Below are positions 51,425 to 60,505 of a stretch of DNA of 64,000 nucleotides, in pieces (within the stretch, counting starts at the first letter, position 1; each line of letters opens with the position of its first letter). Below the pieces are notes generated by a model. The model made no database searches and was not told the DNA's origin. It saw only the letters and a list, made by a program, of their open reading frames with translations. Origin of the DNA: Thermoanaerobaculia bacterium (GTDB lineage: Bacteria > Acidobacteriota > Thermoanaerobaculia > UBA5066); the NCBI GenBank assembly GCA_963816185.1, contig CAWFJJ010000028.1, positions 544,001 through 608,000 of the forward strand, given 5' to 3'. The translations under genes were made by a program, and so were the position numbers.

Positions 51425-53179
51425 TTACCTTCCGACGAACGTCCTCTTTTCCTCGAGCTTCCCGTCGCGCAGGGTGTAGAGGCGGTCGGCGGCGACGGCC
51501 TCGAAGCGCGCCGCGGGCTCGGTCTTTCCCGGCGGGATGACATCGATCGTCGCCACCGTCGCGTCGCCCAGCCCGAAGTGCAAGGGCACCCATGACCCCG
51601 AGGCGTACGAGGGCCGGAGAATGAACTCCTGCACTTGCCGGACGCCGCCCGCCGTCACGACGACCTTCGTCCCGAGGACGGTCCGGCGGTCGGCCCCCGC
51701 GACCGGCAGGATCTCGAGCGCATGGGTATGCGACGCCGTGGAGTTCCTCATGAGGCGGATGCCGCCCACGATCGCCCCGATCGCGACGTCGAGCCGCCCG
51801 TCGCCGTCCACGTCGCCGGCCGCGAGCCCCCGGGCCGAGAGGCGCAGGGCCGCCCAGTCGCCCGATCCGGCCGTGACATCCGCGAGGCGGCCGCCCCCTT
51901 CGTTGCGCCAGACGAGCGGCGGCTGCTTGTAGTGGTGGTCGCCGAGGCCGTAGACGCCCAGGCCGTTCTTGCGGAAGAACTTCGCGAACGTGAGGAGGAT
52001 GCGTGGTACGAGGTGGCCGGACGCCGCCACGAGATCCACGCGGCCGTCGTCGTCGAAGTCCGCGAAGTCGGCTCCCCATTGGACATACGGGAAAGAGGCG
52101 CGGTCCACCCCGGAAGCCTCCGTCGCATCGTCGAAGAGAACGCCGTCCACGTTTCGATACAGCGTGTCCGGCTCTCCGGCGAAATTCGTCACGAGAATAT
52201 CCGGCCGCTCGTCGCCGTCCACGTCGCCGATCGCGATCCCCATGCCGGCGCGCGCGATCTTCTGCTCGCGCGCGCCCGCGCCAGCTTCCACCGTCACATC
52301 CTCGAAAGTGCCATCTCCGCGGTTGTGGTAGAGAACGTTCGGCACGCGGTCGTTCGTGACGTAGAGATCGGGCCGGCCGTCGCCGTCGTAGTCGAAGAAG
52401 ACCGCGCCGAGACCACGGCCGCCCGCGTTCGTGACGCCCGCGGACTTCGAGCTCTCGTGGAAACGCCCCTCCGAATCCTGCACGAGGAGGGTTGCCGGCT
52501 GGCCGTCGTAGTCTTCCGGCATGCGCACCTGGAGCGACGGAAACGACTGCTCTTTCTTGTAGTCCGTATCGAGATACCCGACGACGTAGAGGTCGACGCG
52601 ACCGTCCCCGTCGATATCACCCGCCGCGAGGCCCACGGCATAGCCCGGCGCAACGAGCCCGCGCGCGGCGCTCTCCTCGCGAAACGTCCCATCCCCGAGG
52701 TTCTTCCACAGCGACGTCCTGCCCACTCCCGTGACGATGAGATCGAGGCGTCCCGAGCCGTCGAGGTCCACCCACGACGCGCCCATCGTCCAGCCGCACG
52801 ATCGGATTCCGGAGTGCGCCGTGACGTCCTCGAACGTCCCGTCGCCGCGGTTGCGGTAGAGGACGCCGCAAGGCCCCGCATCCGGCTTCTTGCCGTTCGA
52901 AACGGAGCCCGTGAAGAAGAGGTCCAGGAATCCGTCGCCGTCGAAATCCCCCATCGCTACGGCCGCGCCCATGGTCCCGAGGTTCCGCCCCCGGCGGAGG
53001 TCGGTGTGGTATTTGAACTTCAGCCCGGCGCGCTTCGTCACGTCGGTGAAGCGGATTGGGGGAAGAGGAGGAGAAGAGGAAGATTCTGTGAATGGGTAAG
53101 AGGGACTGGGCGACAAGAGAAGCGCGGCGAGTGCGGCTGTTGTGAGGGAATTCACCCTTCTAAGAAAAAACATCCTCAC
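51425..53179 (-). CDS. CRTAC1 family protein (FG-GAP repeats plus ASPIC/UnbV)
   Basis: FTDVT, repeated GDxDGDG, LYRNRGDGTFEDVT, ARGLAAGDVDGDG and SYAS...LHFGLG. Confidence 0.9.
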   Translation of the reverse strand: MRMFFLRRVNSLTTAALAALLLSPSPSYPFTESSSSPPLPPIRFTDVTKRAGLKFKYHTDLRRGRNLGTMGAAVAMGDFDGDGFLDLFFTGSVSNGKKPDAGPCGVLYRNRGDGTFEDVTAHSGIRSCGWTMGASWVDLDGSGRLDLIVTGVGRTSLWKNLGDGTFREESAARGLVAPGYAVGLAAGDIDGDGRVDLYVVGYLDTDYKKEQSFPSLQVRMPEDYDGQPATLLVQDSEGRFHESSKSAGVTNAGGRGLGAVFFDYDGDGRPDLYVTNDRVPNVLYHNRGDGTFEDVTVEAGAGAREQKIARAGMGIAIGDVDGDERPDILVTNFAGEPDTLYRNVDGVLFDDATEASGVDRASFPYVQWGADFADFDDDGRVDLVAASGHLVPRILLTFAKFFRKNGLGVYGLGDHHYKQPPLVWRNEGGGRLADVTAGSGDWAALRLSARGLAAGDVDGDGRLDVAIGAIVGGIRLMRNSTASHTHALEILPVAGADRRTVLGTKVVVTAGGVRQVQEFILRPSYASGSWVPLHFGLGDATVATIDVIPPGKTEPAARFEAVAADRLYTLRDGKLEEKRTFVGR

Positions 53180-53231
53180 CCGCGCCCCACTGTAGGTCGT
53201 CGCAGTCGGCCCGGTTCACGAGCGAGCAAGA

Positions 53232-56200
53232 TTATCTTTCCCCCAGAGCCTCTCTGAAGCGTTCCGGCCCGACCTTTCGCGTGAGCGTCTCCTCGAGGAA
53301 CTTCGGATCGGGATGGTGCTCGGAGGGGGGATAGGGGTATGCCGACATCGCATGGAAAGGCCAGGGCTCGTACGACTGGCCCGTGACGGTGTTCTTGTCG
53401 AAGTCCTTGTCCCAGCCGTCGGACACGAGGATCCAGTCGCGGCGCCAGCCGGGCGCGAGCGGCGGCAGGTTGGAGGCGTCGTACGCGATGTGAATCGCGT
53501 CTCCGCCCTTGAACGCGACCCAGCGGTCGTCGGTTTTCGCGAGGAGCTCCGTGACGTCGCCGAGGCGCGTGACGCGGCCGGCCAAGTCCTCCCAGCGCGG
53601 AGCGGTCGAGACGTCGCCGTGGTCGAACACTTCAGGGCCGTCGGGCGTCTCGCGATATCCGCGCGGGAAGCCGCGCTCGGTGAGGACGGCCGAGGACGGC
53701 GCGAGCGCAGTCGTGACGACCTCGACCGCGGGATCGTTCACCGTGACGAACGCCTCGTCCCAGAAAATCGCCATCGTCGTTCGAATGCGCACGCGCGGGT
53801 CTTTCGGGTCGATGAGGCCGGTGAGGTCGACGGGCATCGTCTTGGTCTTGCCCGCCGGGAACCCGAACGACTCCATCGCGACCTTCCAGCCGCCCGCGCC
53901 ATCCGGAACCTCGAGGATCGGGGGAAAATGCTCGAGGTCTTTCCGCTGCGAGAGGGAGACGTTGATGGATGTATCCGTGTAGAAGATCCAGCCGGTGAGG
54001 AAGAGGACGATGCGATCCCCTGCCTTCACGTCGCCGAGGTCGAGCACCAGGGAGTGCTCCTGCCTCACGCCCTGATAGAACATCTCGGGCCCGGGGCCGA
54101 CGTAGACGTGATCGCGGTGCGCGAGGCGAGAGGTCACATCCTCGAGGCGGCCGGAGGCGTCCGAGAAGGCGGCGCGCAAGGGCCTCGGGTGCGCTACCGT
54201 GAAGAGCTTCTTCTCCGGGACGCCTGGAATCGTCCGCTCGTTCGGGACGACGCCCGTGCCCTCGGGATGGTCCACGGCCACGAGCGTCGCCTCGTCGAGG
54301 TACGCGACCTCCCACAGCTCCTCGGTGTAGTCGAGGAGAAGGCGGCGATTCGCGTCCGGCTTCAAGGTCTCGCCGTCGATGAAGAGCCACTCGCGCGTGT
54401 CCGCACCTGCGAGGTGGACCCCGTCGTAGAGGAGACCGATCGGAGAACGCCCGAGCGCGTCCGAGACGAAGGTCCACACTCCGGTCTCGCCGTTGCGAGC
54501 GTAAACGAACGGGCACGAGCCCTTGAGCTGCTGAACCTCCTTCACGACGGATTTCGATCTCTGGTCGAAGATGTTTTGCGGCACGCCGTTCGTCCAGGTG
54601 GCTCGCACGACGTCGGCTTTCGTGCGCGTGCCGAGGCCGAAATGCGTGGGCGGAATTGCCACCGTACGCGCGACGTACAGATTTCCCGCCTTCACCTCGA
54701 CGAGGCTGCCGATGCCGCGCTTGTTCACCTTGCCGGATCCCGTTTGCAGCCCCTCGAGAACGACGTCCAGCCAGCCGTTCGCGTTGCCGCCGTCGTTGAT
54801 GAGGACGCTGGTTCTGCCGCCGGCCGAGACGAGGAGGTCGAGATCCCCGTCCTTATCGACGTCGTATGCGAGGAGAGCCTCGATGTTCGTAAGGCTCGAA
54901 GAGAACGAAGAAGAGGATTTCTTAGAAGGGGAAGAGAAGATGGGCCACGCCGGAAATTCGACCGCCGCCCTCGTTGCGGAAGGCGTGGAGCTCGCCGCCC
55001 GCGGTCGCGGCGATGACGTCCGGGAATCCGTCGTTGTCGAAGTCGGCCAGCACCACCGCGTGCATTGCGACCTGTGCGGGCGCCCCGGTCGCGGCACCCC
55101 GGCCAGCCCGTGCGAATTCCTGCCCCGTGCCTTCTAAGAAACTCCCATCCCCTTTTCCCAACAGCAGCCGTAACCCTTTCGACGTGGCGACGACCATGTC
55201 CGGGATGCCGTCCGCGTTCACGTCCTCGACCGCGAGATCAACCGCGCCTGCCACCCCGAGCGGGACGCTCCGGAAGACGCCCTGGCGGAGATTCAGCCGC
55301 AGGACGAGATCGCCCTTCGTGTCGATCGTGACGAGGTCCGGGTCGCCGTCGCGGTCCACGTCGGAGACGACGACTTTCCTCGAGGTGAACCTCGCGTCGC
55401 CCGTCTTCGCGGTCACGTCCGTGAACGTGCCGTCGAGGTTGTTGCGGAGGAGCTGGTCGGGTTTGCCGCCGCCCAAGAGGTAGACGTCGAGGTCGCCGTC
55501 GAGATCGAAGTCGAAGAAGGCGGCGGCCGTGTACGGCGCGGGAATCGGATAGAGAACGGCCGTGCCGGAGTTCGCCAGATCCACCTTTCTAAGCAATCTC
55601 CCGAGGTCCTCCTCGGACGCAGCCGGCGCACGGAAGGAGACCGGAATAGCCGCACCCGCGCCCGCGCGCAGCCCCTCCTCCACCTTCGGAGAAAACCTCT
55701 CGACGGGCAGGCCCATGACCTGCGTGAAGACCTCTCCGAGCGACTGCTGGTAGCGCGGCGTGACGCGCAGGACGTTCTCGAGGACACGGACCTTGACGCT
55801 AGCGCCTTTGACGTCGCCGCCGCCGACGAGCGCCCTGGCCTGCGCGAGAAACTGGCGCGCTCGGGCGTCGCCGTCCGAGACGAGGGGGTCGAGCTCCGCG
55901 AGACCCTTCGACAGCGCGGCCGCGTCTCCCGCTTCCCCCTCGAGGACGAGCAGCTTCAGGCGCGCGGGCAGGTTCGAGGGCGAGCGGGCGACGATCTCGG
56001 CGAGGCGCGTGCGCCGGGCCGCCTTGTCGGCCGGCGACGCCGCCGGGTCTGTCTCCACGCTTCGCGCGAATCGCCAGCGCGACTCGAGGTCGTGAGGGTC
56101 GAGGGACGCCGCCTTGTCGAACGCGGCGCGGGTGCCCGCGGGCCGGTTTCGCTCGTTCTCGATGACCGCGCGAATCGCGTAGAGGTCCGCCCGCTCTCCC

Positions 56201-56559
56201 AGCGCGAGCGCCTTGCCGAGGAGAGCTTCCGCGCCCGGAAGATCCTTCTCGCGCAGGGCGGCGATCGCGCCGTTCGCGAGCGGCAGCGCTTCGCCCGGCA
56301 CCGCGTCCGCCAGTTTCGCGAACGTCGAGCGGGCCTCCTTCGGCTTGTCCTCCTCGAGCTGAGCGAGCCCCACGTTGCGCAGCGTCAGGATGCGCGACGC
56401 CTGCTCGGGGGAGAAACGGGGAGAAGAGGGATTTTCTGCTGAAGAGGAAGACGACATTCCCACGGCGGCGGCTACGAGGCTCGCGGCGAGCATCGGGAGA
56501 CGTCCGAGGAGAGACCGGTTCTGAGAAGGGGGACCGACGAAGGAGCGAATCCGACTCAT
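53232..56559 (-). CDS. Large TPR + FG-GAP + ASPIC/UnbV protein with an extended C-terminal domain; +1 frameshift near 54957
   Basis: ORF 54922-56559 (TPRs, DxDxDGD repeats) joins ORF 53232-55097 (GIGSLVEV, HFGLG, LKGSCPF, GFPAGKTK, GWDKD, PFHAMSAYPY) after removing one base. Confidence 0.82.
54916..55143. repeat. Inverted pair of the CTTCTAAGAAATC motif inside the TPR/ASPIC gene
   Basis: GAAGAAGAGGATTTCTTAGAAGGG (core 54919) and CTTCTAAGAAACT (core 55132); a further CTTTCTAAGCAATC has its core at 55587. Confidence 0.75.
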
Positions 56560-56584
56560 CGAGACGCATTATTGCCGGAGATGC

Positions 56585-56663
56585 TCCTCGGCCGCCGGGA
56601 GTCAAGGGTCATCGACCGCTACGCGGCGCGCGGAGCGCGCCCTTGACACCCGCCGGCCGAGGA
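56585..56663. repeat. 24-bp imperfect inverted repeat, each arm carrying an outward-facing TTGAC(A/T)
   Basis: TCCTCGGCCGCCGGGAGTCAAGGG (56585-56608) versus CCCTTGACACCCGCCGGCCGAGGA (56640-56663); 2 mismatches. Confidence 0.7.
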
Positions 56664-56678
56664 ACACATTCCAACTAT

Positions 56679-56702
56679 CGGCGGCTGCATTCGCAGCCGC
56701 CG
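56679..56702. terminator. GC-rich hairpin (possible terminator or sRNA stem)
   Basis: CGGCGGCTGC-ATTC-GCAGCCGCCG perfect 10-bp stem, downstream of the 56749 gene's stop codon. Confidence 0.5.
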
Positions 56703-56748
56703 CATATAAGAAGAGTTTCCTCTTCCGTTCTCCCTTCGGCTTCTTTCT

Positions 56749-59037
56749 TCATCTTCTAAGCAGATCTCTCTTCGGCTCTTTCCCCTGAACCCACCTCACG
56801 AGCGAACCCGCCGGAACGTCTTTGAGCTCTTCCTTGGTGCCGTCCGGCCAGCGGACCTCGATGACGTCCGCCGCTTTCGCGCCGCCGAGACCGAAGAGGA
56901 GGTCGTGCGACGACTGCGAGAGGTACGACGAGCCCGCGCGCACCTCGCGAAGCTGCACCTTCCCGCTCACCCGCAGGCGGACCACGGCGCCGAGGGCGTC
57001 GCGGTTCATGCCGTGATCGGCCGAAAGCCGGACGACGACGCGCCCGGCGCCGCTCCCCCACCCGTTGCGATAGACGAGAAGCGGCCCGCGGAAGCACGAG
57101 ACGACGACTTCCGGCGCGCCGTCGCCGTCGAGGTCCGCATACGCGAGGCCGCGCGTGTCCTCGAGCGTGTCGAACCCTTCCACGAACGCCCGCTCCTCGA
57201 ACGTGCCGTCCCCGCGGTTCCAGAAGAGCTTCTTCGGCGTCCGCGAGGCCATGCCGTTGACGCCGAAGTCGATGCCTCCCCACACGCCGTCGTGGAAGTT
57301 CACGCCTTCGCGCCCCATCGCGTTCCAGAACGAGATTTCGTCGTCGACGCCGGTCGTCGCCCGGAACATGCCGTTCACGACGAGAAGGTCCTCGCGGCCC
57401 TTGCCGTCGAGGTCCACGAACTCCGTGCCCCAGGCCCAGCCGCCGTCTGCGACCCCGGCCGCCTCGGACGTGCGTTCGAACTTGAGGCCGCCGAGATTGC
57501 GGAAGAGGCCGTCCCCGTCGGAGCGCCGCTGCATGATCTTCGCCATGTGAGAGCGCACCAGGCTCGCGCCCGGAAGAGGCGGCATGGGCCAACGCGAGTC
57601 GTTCAGGATCCAGCGATAGGGCGTCCAGTAGTCCGAAACATGCAGGTCCCAACGGCCGTCGCCGTCGTAGTCCCCCCACGCGACGCCCATTCCGTAGCCC
57701 TCGTCCTGCGTGCCGTTCGTCCGGGCGATGTTCACGAAGAACGGGTGGCCGGGTGTGGACCGGTTCTCGAAGAATCCGTTCTTGCCGAAGTCGTTCGCGA
57801 CGTAGAGGTCGTCGTCGCCGTCGTCATCCGCGTCGCAAGCTTCGGCGGCCAGGGCCCAGCCCACGTCGCCGAGGCCGGAGGCCGCTGTTTCGTCCACGAA
57901 GAAGGGATGCCCGTCACGCTCCACGTTCCGAAAGAAACGGTCACCCGGGCCGTTGACGCCGTTGTACGCGGGACCCGTGGCGCGTGCATCTCCGTAGCTC
58001 GCGACGAAGAGGTCGACGCGGCCGTCCCGGTCGGCGTCGAAGAGCACCGCGGACGTGAACGGCCCCGAAAGGCCGACGAGCCCCCACTCCTCGGTGACGT
58101 CGCGGAACTTTCCGTGCCCGAGGTTCTTCAGGAGGCGGCACGGGGAAATGTGATTCGAGAGAAACAGGTCCGGCAGCCCGTCCCCGTCCACGTCGGCCGC
58201 GACGCCGCCGGAGGCCTCCATCTCCGGCAGGAGATCGAGTCCGGAGCCCGACGTCGCGTCCCGGAAATGACCGGTTCCGTCGTTCAGGAAGAGCCGCGGG
58301 TGGAGGCCCGGGACGACGACGTCCACGGCGCCGTCCCCGTCCACGTCCACGAGGAGGACTCCCGGGCGGTGGTGCGTCGCGGGGAGGCAGAGATTCGTCG
58401 ACTCCACGGGGTCGAGGGGCTGGTGGGTCACCGCGAGGCCGCGCGAGGCGGCTTCTTCGAAGAGATGCGGCACGCCGCGCTGGATTTCGGCGGGGCCGCC
58501 GACGGCGATCGCCGATCGCAACTGCCAACGCGCCCTCGGAGAAAGATCATCGAATTTGCCTCGAAAAAGAGAGAGATCGAAGAGGGCCAAAGCCGCAACG
58601 CGCTCCAGATCATCCGCGCGCGCGAAACCCTGCAGGCGAACTTCGACGCGCACCGTCACGTTCGAAGAGGATTTCCTCTGAAGGTCGACGATGCGGATCG
58701 CCGAAGCGCAGCGGAGATGACACGCCGAACGCCAGCGTTCCTCCAGGTCTCGCATAGGAAACGCCGCGGCCGACTCCATTGCGCCAGATCTTTCCGTATC
58801 ACCGTCTAAGAAATCCTCTCTTTCTTTCTTACTTTCTAAGAAATCTTCTCTTCTCTCCTTCCCCCGAACCTTCTCTCCCGATCCATCTGCCTGAAAATCC
58901 CTCCTCAACTCGTCGACGAGGGCCGACGTCCCGAACGAGTAGTCCTCCAGCGTCGGCATGGGCCGGGTGCCGCCGCAAGCCGGCGCAAGGATCGCCAGGC
59001 CGAGGAGCCCGAACAACGCGATGGGACGCCTCACCAC
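56749..59037 (-). CDS. CRTAC1 family lipoprotein (N-terminal extra domain, FG-GAP repeats, ASPIC/UnbV)
   Basis: Signal/lipobox ILAPAC from GTG 59037; DxDGDG repeats; GWAWG; RGLAYADLDGDG; RDALGAVV...SSYLSQ...FGLG...VRWPDG. Confidence 0.88.
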   Translation of the reverse strand: MVRRPIALFGLLGLAILAPACGGTRPMPTLEDYSFGTSALVDELRRDFQADGSGEKVRGKERREDFLESKKEREDFLDGDTERSGAMESAAAFPMRDLEERWRSACHLRCASAIRIVDLQRKSSSNVTVRVEVRLQGFARADDLERVAALALFDLSLFRGKFDDLSPRARWQLRSAIAVGGPAEIQRGVPHLFEEAASRGLAVTHQPLDPVESTNLCLPATHHRPGVLLVDVDGDGAVDVVVPGLHPRLFLNDGTGHFRDATSGSGLDLLPEMEASGGVAADVDGDGLPDLFLSNHISPCRLLKNLGHGKFRDVTEEWGLVGLSGPFTSAVLFDADRDGRVDLFVASYGDARATGPAYNGVNGPGDRFFRNVERDGHPFFVDETAASGLGDVGWALAAEACDADDDGDDDLYVANDFGKNGFFENRSTPGHPFFVNIARTNGTQDEGYGMGVAWGDYDGDGRWDLHVSDYWTPYRWILNDSRWPMPPLPGASLVRSHMAKIMQRRSDGDGLFRNLGGLKFERTSEAAGVADGGWAWGTEFVDLDGKGREDLLVVNGMFRATTGVDDEISFWNAMGREGVNFHDGVWGGIDFGVNGMASRTPKKLFWNRGDGTFEERAFVEGFDTLEDTRGLAYADLDGDGAPEVVVSCFRGPLLVYRNGWGSGAGRVVVRLSADHGMNRDALGAVVRLRVSGKVQLREVRAGSSYLSQSSHDLLFGLGGAKAADVIEVRWPDGTKEELKDVPAGSLVRWVQGKEPKRDLLRR
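58803..58870 (+). repeat. Tandem pair of the CTTCTAAGAAATC motif with pyrimidine tracts
   Basis: GTCTAAGAAATCCTCTCTTTCTTTC (58804) and TTCTAAGAAATCTTCTCTTCTCTCC (58834), 30 bp apart. The minus strand encodes EDFLESKKEREDFLD. Confidence 0.75.
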
Positions 59038-59059
59038 GCGGCAATGGTAAAACGGGATC

Positions 59060-60505
59060 GTGACCAGACCCACCCTTTGTGCCTTCGCCGCCGCCAGCTT
59101 CGTGGTCCTCCTTCCCGGGTGCGCCTCTTGGAGCGCCGACGCGCCCGACACGCCCGCGACACGATGGACGCCGCCCGCCGGGGCAGTCCCGCCCGCGCCG
59201 ACGCCCGTGCCACCCCCGCCTGAGCTCGCGCCCGAGAAGCTCAAAGGGCGGACGGTCTCGCTCGCCGAGGCGATCGACGTCGCGCTCCGGAACAGCCCGG
59301 TCACGAGGCAGAGCTGGCTCCTCGCGCGGTTCGCGGCGGCCGGCCTCGGGAGCAAGCGGTCGGCGCTCTTCCCGTCCGTCGAACTCGACGCGCAGGCCGG
59401 GAGGCAGAAACAGACTTCCTCCGGCGGGACGATCACGACGCTCCTGACGACGTACGGCCCGACCGCGTCGCTGAGCTTTCTCGTCCTCGACCTGGGCGGC
59501 CGATCGGCGGACATCGCGGAGGCGCGGGAATCCCTCTACGCGGCCGACTACACGCACAACGCCACGATGAACGACCTGATCCTCCTCGTCGCCCAGAGCT
59601 ACTACACCTACCAGGGCGTGCGGGCTCTCCTCGTGGCGCAGGAGGCGAGCCTCAAACAGGCCGACGAGAATTACGCGGCGGCAAACGAGCGGCACCGGGC
59701 CGGCGTCGCGACGATCGCCGACGTCCTCCAGGCAAGGACGTCCCTCTCGCAGCAGCGCCTCGCGTACGAGACCGTCAAAGGGCAGATCGAGACGGAGCGC
59801 GGCCAGCTCACGACGGCTCTTGGGGTGCCGATCGACCTGCCCGTGGACGCGGCGCCGCTGCCCGAGGACCAGAACGTCGACGAGGTCGTCCGATCCGTCG
59901 ACGTCCTCATCGCGGACGCCGGCCGCCTTCGGCCCGACCTGGCGGCCGCCCGCTCCCGCGCCCTCGCCGCGCAGAGCCACGTCCGCTCCGTGCGATCGGG
60001 CGGCCTGCCGACGCTCTCGCTGGGTGCCTCCGCCAACCGCACTTGGTTCGAAGGATCGGATGCCTTGCGCACCTATGGGGACAACTATTCCCTGAGCCTC
60101 TTTTTCCGCTGGCCCGTCTTCAACGGGTTCAAGACGACTTACGACACGCGGCAGGCGGAAGCCCTCGCCGAGGCCTCCGGCGCCCAGGCGGAAACCGCCG
60201 CCCAGCAGGTCATCTACCAGGTCTGGACCAGCTACTACAATCTCCAGACGGCCGTGCAGCAGGTACGGGCCTCGCGCGATCTCCTCGAGAGCTCGAAGGA
60301 GTCGGCCGAGGTGGCACGGGGCCGCTACAAGGAGGGCGTCGGAAGCATCCTCGACCTGTTGACGGCCGAAAGCGCTCTTGCGACCGCGCTCGCGGAGGAC
60401 GTGCGGAGCCGAGCCGGCTTCCTCCTCGCCGTCGCACAGCTCGCGCATGACACCGGAACCGTCGATCTCGTGCCCGCCGCGGCCGAAAAGAAGGGAACTC
60501 CATGA
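59060..60505 (+). CDS. TolC family outer membrane efflux lipoprotein
   Basis: Lipobox LPGC; SLAEAIDVALRNSP, VAQSYY, RPDL and RYKEGVGSILDLL. Confidence 0.9.
   Translation: MTRPTLCAFAAASFVVLLPGCASWSADAPDTPATRWTPPAGAVPPAPTPVPPPPELAPEKLKGRTVSLAEAIDVALRNSPVTRQSWLLARFAAAGLGSKRSALFPSVELDAQAGRQKQTSSGGTITTLLTTYGPTASLSFLVLDLGGRSADIAEARESLYAADYTHNATMNDLILLVAQSYYTYQGVRALLVAQEASLKQADENYAAANERHRAGVATIADVLQARTSLSQQRLAYETVKGQIETERGQLTTALGVPIDLPVDAAPLPEDQNVDEVVRSVDVLIADAGRLRPDLAAARSRALAAQSHVRSVRSGGLPTLSLGASANRTWFEGSDALRTYGDNYSLSLFFRWPVFNGFKTTYDTRQAEALAEASGAQAETAAQQVIYQVWTSYYNLQTAVQQVRASRDLLESSKESAEVARGRYKEGVGSILDLLTAESALATALAEDVRSRAGFLLAVAQLAHDTGTVDLVPAAAEKKGTP

Noticed and set aside
32760-54960. Programmed ribosomal frameshifting or phase variation
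   Set aside because: No slippery sequences or homopolymer/SSR tracts at the junctions.
3295-58870. Motif pairs as MITE/REP elements or CRISPR repeats
   Set aside because: Spacers are unrelated and often ordinary conserved coding sequence. I saw no target-site duplications, transposase, cas genes or regular array.
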